Assembly (NCBI GenBank): GCA_963823665.1
Contig: CAWGMQ010000005.1
Location: 992,001-1,056,000 of the forward strand
DNA length: 64,000 bases
Source of the DNA: an uncultured Planctomycetota bacterium
GTDB taxonomy: Bacteria > Planctomycetota > Planctomycetia > Isosphaerales > Isosphaeraceae
Reading direction: 5' to 3'
The notes below the pieces were generated by a model. That model searched no databases, was not told where the DNA came from, and saw only the letters and a list, made by a program, of their open reading frames with translations. Every line of letters starts with the position of its first letter. The first letter of the stretch is position 1. The position numbers and the translations under genes are program-made. Positions 21,709 to 31,460 of this stretch are shown in pieces.

Positions 21709-24700
21709 TTAGCTGCGGAGTGTGTTTGACACGCGCGCCGCGCCATCGGGACAGTCGCCGGCATCTCCGCCGCCGCCGGAGTCGTATCCACCATCGTCCT
21801 GCCCGCCGCCGGGACAATTCCCGGTGTCGCCGGTCATGCCGGCCGGGCAGTCGTCGTCGTTACCAAACATGCCAGGCGGGCAGTCGTCGTCGTTACCAGA
21901 CATGCCAGGCGGGCAGTCGTCGTCGTCGTTACCAGACATGCCAGGCGGGCAGTCGTCGTCGTCGTTACCAGACATGCCAGGCGGGCAGTCGTCGTCGTCG
22001 TTACCAGACATGCCAGGTGGGCAGTCGTCGTCGTCGTTACCAGACATGCCAGGTGGGCAGTCGTCGTCGTCGTTACCAGACATGCCAGGCGGGCAGTCGT
22101 CGTCGTCGTTACCAGACATGCCAGGTGGGCAGTCGTCGTCGTCGTTACCAGACATGCCAGGCGGGCAGTCGTCGTCGTTACCAGACATGCCAGGCGGGCA
22201 GTCGTCGTCGTCGCTACCAGACATGCCAGGCGGGCAGTCGTCGTCGTCGCTACCAGACATGCCAGGCGGGCAGTCGTCGTCGCTACCAGACATGCCAGGC
22301 GGGCAGTCGTCGTCGTCTCTACCAGACATGCCAGGCGGGCAGTCGTCGTCGTCGCTACCAGACATGCCAGGCGGGCAGTCGTCGTCGTTACCAGACATGC
22401 CAGGCGGGCAGTCGTCGTCGTTACCAGGCATGCCAGGCGGGCACTCGTCCTTACCGGGCATGGTAACGGACGACGGATTGCGGTTGAAGTACCGCTCACG
22501 TATGCCGGACGGGGAGGCATCATTCGGGCAGTCCGGGCAGTCGCCGTTACCGGGCATGGTAGCTGGGGCGTAGCTCGGCGGAGGAGCGGGCGTGTCAGTT
22601 GGGGCCATTCCTGGAACACTTGCCACGGTACCCAGGGGAATCTCTGACCCACTCGTCTCGATACCCGGAAGAGTTCCTGCATGAGTGGGCGTGGTCCGAC
22701 CCGGGCCGACGGGCGGACGTGGACTATTTTCAGAAGAACCGCCCGAACGGACGGTCCCCCCTACATGGCGTGTAACCCCGCCGGAACCCGGAAGACGGCG
22801 CCGCTGCGCTTGTTGGCCATCCGAACGGCCGGGCTGCGCTGACCGGGTGTAGACCGGTCGTTTGATGTCGACGGCCACGTCGCGCCTCAGGTTCCGCCAT
22901 GCTGACTCGGCGCTGGAGGGAGGGTGGGTTAACTTGGGCGGCGGGGATGACGGACGGGTCCGAGGATCCGGCGTCAATACTGGAGTTCCGTCGGTGGTGG
23001 TGCTGGCCGGTTGACTGGCTGTAGGTCCCGTAACGCGTTCAGGCGGCAAGTAAATCGGCCCTCCCGCGGTTGGTAGATGTTGCAGGAATTCGAGTATCCA
23101 GCCGCCCGCGTAAGAACCGAGCAGCGATCCAAGTAGGCCGCCCACCGGACCCAAGAGGGCAGTGCCGATAATGCTCCCTCCTATCCCGCCCCCCCATCCG
23201 GCGAGCTCCTCTTTTAAGGTTTGCCCAGGATTTGGGGACATGATGATGCGCCTGAGTGACATCACGATTGCGGCTGTCAAGGCGGCCTTGCCAAGAGTCC
23301 GGAGAGCAGGTCCGAATCGTGGTCCGGGAAGCGGCGGCGGGACGCTCGCCGGCGACAGGCCCATTGCATTGCGCAGAGCCGCGCCGACGCCTCCGCGTTG
23401 GGTCCCCTTCATCTGCTCGAGGCGAGCAATCATTTCTTCAAGGCGCTTGATTATGGCCTCGGTGTACTGCGGGCGGTGGGTAGGTACCTGCGGTAAAGTT
23501 ATGCGTACGTTCTGAAATTCCAGCAAGGTCTTGTAAGTATCGAGCTGTTGCTTGATGCCGCTCAGCACTTTTTCGATGGACCTGCCACCGGTCTCTATCT
23601 CTTGTACGACGGCTTCCGCGTAGGTCGTGCCCAGTTCCTCCGGTGTGGGTACGGGCAAATTGGAGTACCGGCCGATACCCGGAGTCGGCTCGGAAGCTCC
23701 AGGCACCGGCGTGCCGGGCTTGGTCGGTATGTTTTCCTGCGGAGGGATTACGCGCGCTCCGGGAGCCGCAGCGGGCGGCCCAGCGCCCCCTAGAAAACCG
23801 CTCGATGGCGGGCTAGACGGATACTGGGGGGAAGACGACGGCGGCGGCCCAGAGCCTGCGGGCACGTTCACGCCCGGAACAGAGGGCGTGATACCGGAGT
23901 TGGAAGGCTCGACGGACTCGAGCCCCATCCCGTCCACGTATCGAATCGGGTTATTGCGAGCGTACGCATAGGCATTCAATGCGAGTGCGTCGGCCCCGCG
24001 GGCGGGCGCAGGGTCCTTCGTCAGAAAGCGGCCCAAGGCCGGGTCGTAGTACCGGGCGCGGTAGTAATAGAGTCCGGTCGCCTGGTCGAGCTCGCGGGCC
24101 GTGAACTGGAACGGGCTCCGCTGCGTGCCCTGTTGCGCCACCATCTGACCGAACGAATCATATTCGTACGACGCGGCCAACGCGCCGCTCGCGTCAGTCA
24201 GCCGACGGATCGTGCCGACCCAATCGGAATGGAAGTAGTAGCTGCCGCCGTCGCGATCCATCATCAAGGGCCGGTCGATACCCGCGCCGTGCAAGTAGGA
24301 CGCCTGCGGTTTGAGGTCCTTGTCAAGCTCGGCCAGCAGATTCAAGCCATCGCTCACGAAGTATGTCAGTCCCTTCGCGTCGCGACGCCAGATTCTCTGG
24401 CCGGTGGCCGCATAGCCGTAGGTGACCTCTTCACCGGAGGACAGCACGACCTTCGTGAGCCGGTTCTCGACGTCGTGCACGAAGCGCGTCACGCCACGCG
24501 GGCCCCGGCGCTCGAGTAAGTTGCCATTGGAGTCGTAGGCAAACGTCTCGTCGCCCGACTCAACGAGACGACCGGCTTCGTCATAACGGGAACGGATCGT
24601 CTGGCCCGCGTGTTCCTTTGACCCGCGATTGCCGCCCGGAAGATAGCCGTACTTGACTGTATCGTTCCCGCCGGCATTCTCCTCGATCAACTGGCGCGCT

Positions 24701-27700
24701 GGGTCGTAGAGGAAGCGAAGAGTCCGGTTTTCCGCATCGACGATCTGGACCCGGTTGCCCGCGGCGTCGTTGGTGAACGACCAGCTCCCAATGGTCTTGC
24801 CCCCTTCTCCGGTGTACTTCATCCCGAGCGGCCGGTCGTCCGCGTCGTACTGCCAGGTCCCAAGAACACCGTTGGGGTACTGAATCGAGCTCAACCGGCT
24901 CTTGGGGTCGTACGTGAAGCGGAACGCCTGGCTGTCGTTCAATTTGATGACGACGAGCCGATCGGCGGAGTCGTATTCGTAGTCGACGGCACGGCCCAGC
25001 GAATCGGTGAACCGGGACCGCAAGCCCGCCGCGTTGTAGGCATAGCTCAGGCTTTGCTTGATCGCCGGGTATTCGATGCGCACGACGCGGTCGTGGTCGT
25101 CGGACGTGTAGCGAATCGGGAAGGCGCCGTCGTCCACGCTGCTCAAGTTGCCCCGGTCGTCGTATTCATAGGCGACCACCTTGCCGTCGGCAAGCTGCTT
25201 CTTCCGCAGCCGGCCGGCCTGGTCGTACGTGAACGTCGTGGTCTGGCCCTTGGCGTCGGTCTCGCTCATGAGCCGGCCGGCGGAATCGTACGACGAGCGG
25301 GTCTTTTGCCCGAGCGGGTTTGTCGAGCCCACCGGTGCGCCAAGGGCGTTGTAGTCGTACGTGGTGCGGCCGGCACCCGGACGGCTGACCGAGGCCAGCA
25401 TACCCGCCCGGTCATAGTCAAACCTGGCCGTGTCGCCGTTCGGCTCGACCACTTCGGTCACCTCGCCCGCCGCATTCCAGGCACGCCGTTTCACGTCACC
25501 GAGCGGACCGGTTGTCTCCAGCAGGTTCCCCACCGGGTCGTACTTGTACCTGGTTGTCGCTCCCGCTGAATTGTGCGTGGCGATCATCCGGCCGACCGCG
25601 TCGTACTCGAACTGACCACGGCCGCCAAGATTATCCTGCCAGGCGACCAGGTGTCCCTCCGCGTCGTAGCGGTACGTGAGCTCCAAGCCCGTGCTTCGCT
25701 TCTCCTTCGCGCAGCGCCTGAGCACGTCGTATTCGTACGTGACGACCGTATCATTCCCGCGGCGGATGCGCGTGAGGCTTCCCGCGCTGTCGTAATTATA
25801 TTCGAGGGCAGCTCCTTCCGGCGGAATGACCCTGGCGAGCAGCCCTGAAGCGGTGTACTCGTAACGCGTGATCTTCTTGCCGTCGTCGGTTGTGGAGGTC
25901 ACTCGACCCTGGCTGTCGTAGGTGCACTGTCGCTTGCGACCGTCGGTGTCCGTCAAACTCACCGGCAATCCGACCGCCGAGTATGCGACGCGGGCGGCTG
26001 TGCCGGTGGGACCGGCCACCCTCGTCATGTGGCCCAAGGCGTCGTAATCGATCGTGGAAGCGCCGCCTTCGGGATTGACCGTCCGCACCATCTGGCCGGC
26101 CAGGTCATAATCAAACTGGTAGGCTTGGGCCAACGCATTCTCGAGGCGCGTCAGTTGGCCAGCCGCGTCGTAGCTGAGATACGTCGCCCGGCCTGCCGGA
26201 CCTTGTTCGGACACCAGTCGACCCTGCACGTCGAAGGTGTAGCGGGACACATTCTTCCTGGCGTCGGTGATCGTGATGACCTGGCCGGAACCGCTGTTGG
26301 CGTACTCGTAGTTCGTCGTGGCGCCGGACGCATCGGTCAAGCTGGTCAATCGGTTGTGCTCGTCGTAGACCCGCGTAGCGATTCCGCCGCGAGCATCGAT
26401 CTGCCTGATCACATTGCCGAACGCGTCATACTCGGACCGCGAAACGTTGCCCGCGCCATCGGTGACGCTATTGCGACGGCCCGCGGCATCGTAGGTAAAC
26501 GTATGCCGCTCGCCATCGCCTCGTTGCACGGCCTCGACGAACCCTCGCGAATCGTAAGTGAGCGTGAGATCGAGCGCGTGGTTCTGGGAGACGGTCAGGT
26601 GCAGCAGATTGAGGTGCTCGTCGTACTCGAACGAGCACCAGTCACCGCTGGCCTCGACGATGGCCCGGGGCATCCCGCTGTTGCCGAGGTATTGAAGGCG
26701 AGTCAATCCGGTGATCGGATTCTCAACGCTGCTGGTCCGGCCCAGGGCGTCGTAGGTGTAGCGGGCCTTCAGTCCGGTCGGACCGGCGATGACGAGCGGA
26801 CGCCCCGCCTCGTTGTTCTGGATGATGATCTTGCCACCTGAGGCATCGTGCAGCTCGACGCGGCGATAGTCCGGGCTCCAGGTCGTGGTCGTGACCCTTC
26901 CCAGCGGGTCGATATGGCGCCGGCTGTTATTGGCGTCGTCGTGCTCGAATCGCTCGACGGAGCCGTCGGAAAACCGGCGGCTTGTGACTCGGGACCTGGC
27001 GTCGTAGGTGATCCACAGCTCACCCTGCTGGGGGCGCCGCATTCGCACGAGCGCGCCGGAGGCATCATAGCCGTAGTCGACGCACCACTCGTCCGCGGAG
27101 CGATCCGGGGACGGCGGCTGCGGTCCGTATAAATACTCGACTCGGTCTCCCGAGGAGCTTTCGGCTCTGGTCAAGCTGCCGGTGGAGTCGACCGTGAACC
27201 GCACGAAACTCTGGTCTGGTCCATCAATTCGCGACAGTACGCCGCGCGAATCGTAGTTGAGCGCGATCCGGTTGTTGTTGGGCTCGAGCCGCTCGATCAA
27301 CCTTCCCCGGCGATCAAAGATCTCCCGGCGGCCATCGGGCATGACCCGAACCGATCGATTGGCTTCGAACACGACGTACTCGCCCGACGCGGCGACGTAC
27401 TGCTCGGTCGACTCATCCAGGGTGAAGTAGACGGTCTGATCTGCCTCGCGAATGAAAGCTCGCCGGCCCGATTGCGACAGGGTCGATTCCCAGTTGAGCT
27501 TCCAGCGGGTGCCGAGCATGCCTGGCTTTCCCGCTTCGAGCTGAAGCGTACGCCGGAGTTCCAACTTCACACGCCCGGCCGGCACGACCAGGTCCGTCGC
27601 CGTGACGAGGAGTCGCGCCGAGCGGGGATCGATGGTCTCGTCGTGCCGGACCAGGGCGCGGGCAGGCCGGACGCGTGAAAGCTGGCCAAGCATGCTCGGC

Positions 27701-28308
27701 TTGGCCTGGCCCGCGGCCGCGCCGGGACGGGTGGAAATCGTGACCTTCACCGCGGCGCCGCGACGAACCGGTGCGCCAGACTTCGGCTCCTGGGCGTAAA
27801 CCGTGAGCGCATCGGTGCCGGGCCCGGCTTCGGTACCGAGCTGGAATTTCGGCACCAACCCGGCGGCAACCAACGCCGCTTTCGCTTGCTCCGAGCTTTT
27901 CCCCATGAGCGACGGCACCCGAACGGGTGAGCCGCCCTTGGGCCCCGCCGCTGTGCGAACGACGGGAGTGTTGCGCCCGGATTCAGCCGGCCGGGGCACC
28001 CGGGCATGGACAGTGGCCGTTACCGCGGTGCCTCGGGCAGCGCCCGAGCCCGCCGGGGGGTCTTGCTCATAAACCTTCAGCGCGTTTTCAGGTGACGGCG
28101 CCTGCTGTCCTATCTGGAACCGGACCACCAGCCCTGCTGACTGGAGCGCCGACTTCGCATCCTTCGGCGACAGACCGACGACCGACGGGACAACGCCGGA
28201 GCCGGCCGGCACGTCTTGCCCGCTCGCGGCAACGGCCGCACTCAACCCCGCGACGACCGCCGAAAGCAACAGGCCCCGGACCCACGCGATGCGACCGATG
28301 CAAACCAT
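21709..28308 (-). CDS. Rhs/YD-repeat protein with signal peptide, two PASTA domains and a ~735-aa C-terminal extension
   Basis: AGGAG RBS before MVCIG; VPSVVGLSPKDAKSAL and VPSLMGKSSEQAKAAL PASTA repeats; YD repeats; core YYYRARYYDPALGRFLTKDP...NNPIRYVDGMGL. Confidence 0.92.
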   Translation of the reverse strand: MVCIGRIAWVRGLLLSAVVAGLSAAVAASGQDVPAGSGVVPSVVGLSPKDAKSALQSAGLVVRFQIGQQAPSPENALKVYEQDPPAGSGAARGTAVTATVHARVPRPAESGRNTPVVRTAAGPKGGSPVRVPSLMGKSSEQAKAALVAAGLVPKFQLGTEAGPGTDALTVYAQEPKSGAPVRRGAAVKVTISTRPGAAAGQAKPSMLGQLSRVRPARALVRHDETIDPRSARLLVTATDLVVPAGRVKLELRRTLQLEAGKPGMLGTRWKLNWESTLSQSGRRAFIREADQTVYFTLDESTEQYVAASGEYVVFEANRSVRVMPDGRREIFDRRGRLIERLEPNNNRIALNYDSRGVLSRIDGPDQSFVRFTVDSTGSLTRAESSSGDRVEYLYGPQPPSPDRSADEWCVDYGYDASGALVRMRRPQQGELWITYDARSRVTSRRFSDGSVERFEHDDANNSRRHIDPLGRVTTTTWSPDYRRVELHDASGGKIIIQNNEAGRPLVIAGPTGLKARYTYDALGRTSSVENPITGLTRLQYLGNSGMPRAIVEASGDWCSFEYDEHLNLLHLTVSQNHALDLTLTYDSRGFVEAVQRGDGERHTFTYDAAGRRNSVTDGAGNVSRSEYDAFGNVIRQIDARGGIATRVYDEHNRLTSLTDASGATTNYEYANSGSGQVITITDARKNVSRYTFDVQGRLVSEQGPAGRATYLSYDAAGQLTRLENALAQAYQFDYDLAGQMVRTVNPEGGASTIDYDALGHMTRVAGPTGTAARVAYSAVGLPVSLTDTDGRKRQCTYDSQGRVTSTTDDGKKITRYEYTASGLLARVIPPEGAALEYNYDSAGSLTRIRRGNDTVVTYEYDVLRRCAKEKRSTGLELTYRYDAEGHLVAWQDNLGGRGQFEYDAVGRMIATHNSAGATTRYKYDPVGNLLETTGPLGDVKRRAWNAAGEVTEVVEPNGDTARFDYDRAGMLASVSRPGAGRTTYDYNALGAPVGSTNPLGQKTRSSYDSAGRLMSETDAKGQTTTFTYDQAGRLRKKQLADGKVVAYEYDDRGNLSSVDDGAFPIRYTSDDHDRVVRIEYPAIKQSLSYAYNAAGLRSRFTDSLGRAVDYEYDSADRLVVIKLNDSQAFRFTYDPKSRLSSIQYPNGVLGTWQYDADDRPLGMKYTGEGGKTIGSWSFTNDAAGNRVQIVDAENRTLRFLYDPARQLIEENAGGNDTVKYGYLPGGNRGSKEHAGQTIRSRYDEAGRLVESGDETFAYDSNGNLLERRGPRGVTRFVHDVENRLTKVVLSSGEEVTYGYAATGQRIWRRDAKGLTYFVSDGLNLLAELDKDLKPQASYLHGAGIDRPLMMDRDGGSYYFHSDWVGTIRRLTDASGALAASYEYDSFGQMVAQQGTQRSPFQFTARELDQATGLYYYRARYYDPALGRFLTKDPAPARGADALALNAYAYARNNPIRYVDGMGLESVEPSNSGITPSVPGVNVPAGSGPPPSSSPQYPSSPPSSGFLGGAGPPAAAPGARVIPPQENIPTKPGTPVPGASEPTPGIGRYSNLPVPTPEELGTTYAEAVVQEIETGGRSIEKVLSGIKQQLDTYKTLLEFQNVRITLPQVPTHRPQYTEAIIKRLEEMIARLEQMKGTQRGGVGAALRNAMGLSPASVPPPLPGPRFGPALRTLGKAALTAAIVMSLRRIIMSPNPGQTLKEELAGWGGGIGGSIIGTALLGPVGGLLGSLLGSYAGGWILEFLQHLPTAGGPIYLPPERVTGPTASQPASTTTDGTPVLTPDPRTRPSSPPPKLTHPPSSAESAWRNLRRDVAVDIKRPVYTRSAQPGRSDGQQAQRRRLPGSGGVTRHVGGTVRSGGSSENSPRPPVGPGRTTPTHAGTLPGIETSGSEIPLGTVASVPGMAPTDTPAPPPSYAPATMPGNGDCPDCPNDASPSGIRERYFNRNPSSVTMPGKDECPPGMPGNDDDCPPGMSGNDDDCPPGMSGSDDDDCPPGMSGRDDDDCPPGMSGSDDDCPPGMSGSDDDDCPPGMSGSDDDDCPPGMSGNDDDCPPGMSGNDDDDCPPGMSGNDDDDCPPGMSGNDDDDCPPGMSGNDDDDCPPGMSGNDDDDCPPGMSGNDDDDCPPGMSGNDDDDCPPGMSGNDDDCPPGMFGNDDDCPAGMTGDTGNCPGGGQDDGGYDSGGGGDAGDCPDGAARVSNTLRS
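21846..22445 (-). repeat. in-frame tandem repeat, about 17 units of 33-36 bp encoding CPPGMSG(N/S/R)DDD(D)
   Basis: Directly visible ACCAGACATGCCAGGCGGGCAGTCGTCGTCG units. Confidence 0.97.
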
Positions 28309-28708
28309 GTTCTTGCTCCTTAATCGACACGGCGGTTTAGCCTTATGGCGGAAACGGTGGTCCGTCGAGCCTGACAAACCGAGCGCCCGACACCCCGAAC
28401 GCCTGAGACTGAACCGGCTGTTCTACCGGTCTATCGCGGAATGCCGGCACACCGGACGGACAACCGGCAGAACTCTCGGATGATTGCCGCATTCAGACCG
28501 GTGGTCGGATCAGGGTGCTCATGGCAGATGCACTATCTAAAGCGGTAAGCCCTCGAGATTTCCGGTGATTCGGCTCAACCCGGCAGCTCGGCCTGCCGAA
28601 AGAACGAATGGAACCGTTATGTCCGGGAGCGGTGCCGGACCGACGCGGTGGTGGAAAAACGCAGCACGCAACCGGCGACCGACCGCTGAGCACAAAGAAC
28701 TGACAACC

Positions 28709-29212
28709 ATGGCAAAGACACACACATCCGCCGCAAATCCCGCAGTGGCCAATGCGATCCTGGTCGGAGCCGCTTTGATCTGGGGCGGTGTTCTGCTCTT
28801 TCATCGAGGCCGGCTGACGTGGCCGCCGTACGAGCTGCTGGCCAGTCTTTCCACACTGGCGGGGTGCCTGGCGCTCGTCGGGCCGGTGATTCTGGCACGC
28901 TCGGGCGAGGTTGAGGGGAGCCTGGGAGAGCTGATGTGGCTGGTCGCGGGCTTGCTGGTCTGGATCTTCGACGTCGAAGGGGTGTTGCAAGGGCGGTGGC
29001 GGACGATGCACTGGGCAACGCCGCTCACGGATCGGGCGATGGGGCTGACGATGCTCGCGGTGCTGGTGGCGGGCTGGAAGTGCGGCCTGGCAGACAGAAA
29101 CTGGTCGTGGACGAACGTGACCGGCTGGCTTCTGAGCGCGTTCTGGGTCGGCATGGCGTTCGGCTCGTGGTTTCTCAGTCCGGTGTCGCGGGCCAGTCTC
29201 GCCGTGCGGTGA
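28709..29212 (+). CDS. hypothetical multi-pass membrane protein
   Basis: About 5 hydrophobic segments; start inferred at MAKTHT. Confidence 0.7.
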   Translation: MAKTHTSAANPAVANAILVGAALIWGGVLLFHRGRLTWPPYELLASLSTLAGCLALVGPVILARSGEVEGSLGELMWLVAGLLVWIFDVEGVLQGRWRTMHWATPLTDRAMGLTMLAVLVAGWKCGLADRNWSWTNVTGWLLSAFWVGMAFGSWFLSPVSRASLAVR

Positions 29213-29351
29213 TCCTTGACGGCTCGGGCGGTGATCTGTAGCTTCGAAGGATACGTACCGGGCCCTGCCCGGTTCGCCGATCGAAACGCAATCGTCAATC
29301 CGTTATTCGCAATCATCCCGGCCGACACCGCGCGGCGGGAGGAGTACATCA

Positions 29352-30188
29352 GTGGCCGTTCAACAGAAAACCAGCACGATCGATGCGGAGCAGGTCGCAT
29401 CCGCTCCAGTGATCGAGAATGAGATACCGACTTACCGAGCGATCAGCGCCCGCGCCATCTTCAGCGTGGCGTTCGGCGTCTTGTCGGGGTGCAGCTTCGC
29501 TCATTGGATCTTCTACGTCTTTGCGGTCCTGGCAATCGTGTTCGGCATCTGGGCGCACCTGAAGATCCAGCAGCTTCCTGACATCCTCACCGGCAAGGGC
29601 CTGGCCAACTTCGGTATCGGTCTGGGCCTGGTTTTCGGTCTGGCGTCGGGGACGGTCAGCACCGTCGAATACATGGTGCGAATGAGACAGGCGACCTTGT
29701 TTGCCAACACGTTTGCCGCTGTGCTCGAACGGGCCGACCGAGCTGAAATGCTCTGGTACAACGCTCATCCCGACATGAGAAAGGGGAAGACGGCCGCGCA
29801 GGTGGCGGAAGATCTGGACTCCAAGCCAAACGAGAGGAAGATGATGGAAATGAGCATGGGCCCGCTTGCCCAGATGGTCAAGCTGCAAAAACGGCTCGCT
29901 TCAACAAAGGGACAGGAGGTCAAATTCGTCAAGATCGTGGCGATCGGAGACGAGGCGGGGCTGGGCACGGACTTGAAGATATACGCTCTGGCGCTTTACC
30001 GGATTGAAGGGGCACCGAGCAAGGATTCTCCGCTAGACCATGAGTACACGCTCGCCGTGATGAAAGCCAGGCCCGTGGGTCGCGTGTACGAGTGGTGGGT
30101 TCACGAGGTCATGTATCCGTACACGAATCAGACGTACGTTCCTGCCGAGGAGCCCGTTGGTCACGGCGAAGACGGGCATGGGCATTAA
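29352..30188 (+). CDS. DUF4190-like membrane protein
   Basis: YRAISARAIFS...LAIVFG...LTGKGLANFGI pattern; GGAGGAG RBS. Confidence 0.72.
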   Translation: MAVQQKTSTIDAEQVASAPVIENEIPTYRAISARAIFSVAFGVLSGCSFAHWIFYVFAVLAIVFGIWAHLKIQQLPDILTGKGLANFGIGLGLVFGLASGTVSTVEYMVRMRQATLFANTFAAVLERADRAEMLWYNAHPDMRKGKTAAQVAEDLDSKPNERKMMEMSMGPLAQMVKLQKRLASTKGQEVKFVKIVAIGDEAGLGTDLKIYALALYRIEGAPSKDSPLDHEYTLAVMKARPVGRVYEWWVHEVMYPYTNQTYVPAEEPVGHGEDGHGH

Positions 30189-30245
30189 GTTTGCTGGAAC
30201 GTCGGGCAAGAGTGCCGGACCCACACGACCGTCGTGCGGTTCGCT

Positions 30246-30653
30246 TCATGTTCTTGATGTGTACGTTGAGAAGCAATGCTCGGTTTCCCAGAGCACGACC
30301 TCGACGACCGGGAGCCCTGCCCGGGCGGTTTGCTCGTGAATCAGCCGGGCGATGTTCTCGGCGGTCGGGTTGCAATCCATCACGAAGACGCGCTCGCCGC
30401 GCTCCTTGAGCACCGGCAAGATCGGATCGTCGCGGCAGAGCAGCATGTTGTGATCCAGGTTGTCGTCGATCCATTGCTGCACAGACTTCTTGATATCGCC
30501 GAAGTCGATGAGCATGCCGCGTGAATCGAGCTCGTGGCCCTCGAGTGTGATCACGGCACGGCCGTTGTGCCCGTGCAGGTGCCGGCACTTGCCTTCGTAG
30601 TTCAGCAGGCGATGGCCGTAACAGAATTCGATCTCGCGTGTGACTCGAAACAT
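30246..30653 (-). CDS. queD: 6-carboxytetrahydropterin synthase
   Basis: CRHLHGHN, IDFGDIK, NPTAENIA, VLWET. Confidence 0.93.
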   Translation of the reverse strand: MFRVTREIEFCYGHRLLNYEGKCRHLHGHNGRAVITLEGHELDSRGMLIDFGDIKKSVQQWIDDNLDHNMLLCRDDPILPVLKERGERVFVMDCNPTAENIARLIHEQTARAGLPVVEVVLWETEHCFSTYTSRT

Positions 30654-30720
30654 GGTGTCTGGGAATCTCGCTGGAAGACGGGAGGTCATGGTCCATGGGG
30701 TGCGGTGATCGAGAAGAAAG

Positions 30721-30783
30721 GTCCGCGACGGCGGACCCTACGGGAGATAGAAAAGACTGGCCCGCAATGGCGGACCCTACGGG
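30721..30783 (-). repeat. two GTAG-type REP palindromes between queC and queD
   Basis: Minus-strand GTAG-GGTCCGC-N4-GCGG(A/G)CC twice; one copy supplies the queC TAG stop. Confidence 0.7.
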
Positions 30784-31457
30784 GCAGCGCGGTCATTTTG
30801 GTACGGTGTCAGGTCGGGGATTCCGGCGGCGGCGAAGCCGTTTTTCCGCTCGGCACATTTGTTGCAAACTCCGCAGTGGCGGTCCTGGATCGGGTTGATG
30901 CAGGAGAAGGTCAAGTGCAGGGGCAAATCTCTTCCGCGGCGCACAACGTCAATCTTGTGCAAGTGGTCAAAGGGCCGAATCAGCTTCAAGCTGCCGTCCA
31001 TCGCACTGTTCAAGAGGCTTTCGAGATCGTGAAAGAAGGAAGGCGTGCTGTCGGGAAACGGGTTTGATCCCAGACTGCCCAGGGCCAAGGCATTGATTTT
31101 GCGCAGCCGGCACCAGACGGCCGCCTTGGTCGTCAGCAGGAGGTTGCGGCCGGGAAGGTAGACGGCGGAGTCCGGCGTTTCCGAGCCGGGAACGCTCGAG
31201 CCGTTTGTGCTCCAGTGGTCGCCGTAGACATCGGCGATCGGCTCTTCGAGGACGACCAGCTTGTCGAGGCCGGGCCGCTCAACAGCCGCGAGGAATCGGC
31301 GTAGCGACGCGAGCTCGGCGCTTTCCCAGCGCAGACCGCTGCGGATATAAAGCGGGACGACCCGGCGAAAGTCATGCAGCATTTCCACGCAGAGAACGGC
31401 GCTGTCGAGGCCGCCGCTGATCAGAACGCCCGAGCCATCGCGCGGTGATTCCGGCAA
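30777..31457 (-). CDS. queC: 7-cyano-7-deazaguanine synthase
   Basis: SGGLDS PP-loop, YLPGRN, FPD, HCGVCNKCAER zinc motif; adjacent to queD. Confidence 0.92.
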   Translation of the reverse strand: MPESPRDGSGVLISGGLDSAVLCVEMLHDFRRVVPLYIRSGLRWESAELASLRRFLAAVERPGLDKLVVLEEPIADVYGDHWSTNGSSVPGSETPDSAVYLPGRNLLLTTKAAVWCRLRKINALALGSLGSNPFPDSTPSFFHDLESLLNSAMDGSLKLIRPFDHLHKIDVVRRGRDLPLHLTFSCINPIQDRHCGVCNKCAERKNGFAAAGIPDLTPYQNDRAAP

Positions 31458-31460
31458 GAG

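Noticed and set aside
21846..22445. CRISPR-like periodicity of 33-36 bp
   Set aside because: Units are contiguous with no unique spacers, lengths are multiples of three, the array lies in frame in a CDS, and no cas genes are present
21720..22682. Repetitive alternative-frame ORFs (YQTCQAGSRRR, LPDMPGGQSSS, ARLACLVTTTT)
   Set aside because: Shadow frames of the same tandem repeat, which happens to lack stop codons
30246..31457. queC/queD as part of a 7-deazaguanine DNA-modification (dpd) island
   Set aside because: They sit in a housekeeping operon with rsmD and the CCA enzyme; no dpdA or tgt paralog is in the window
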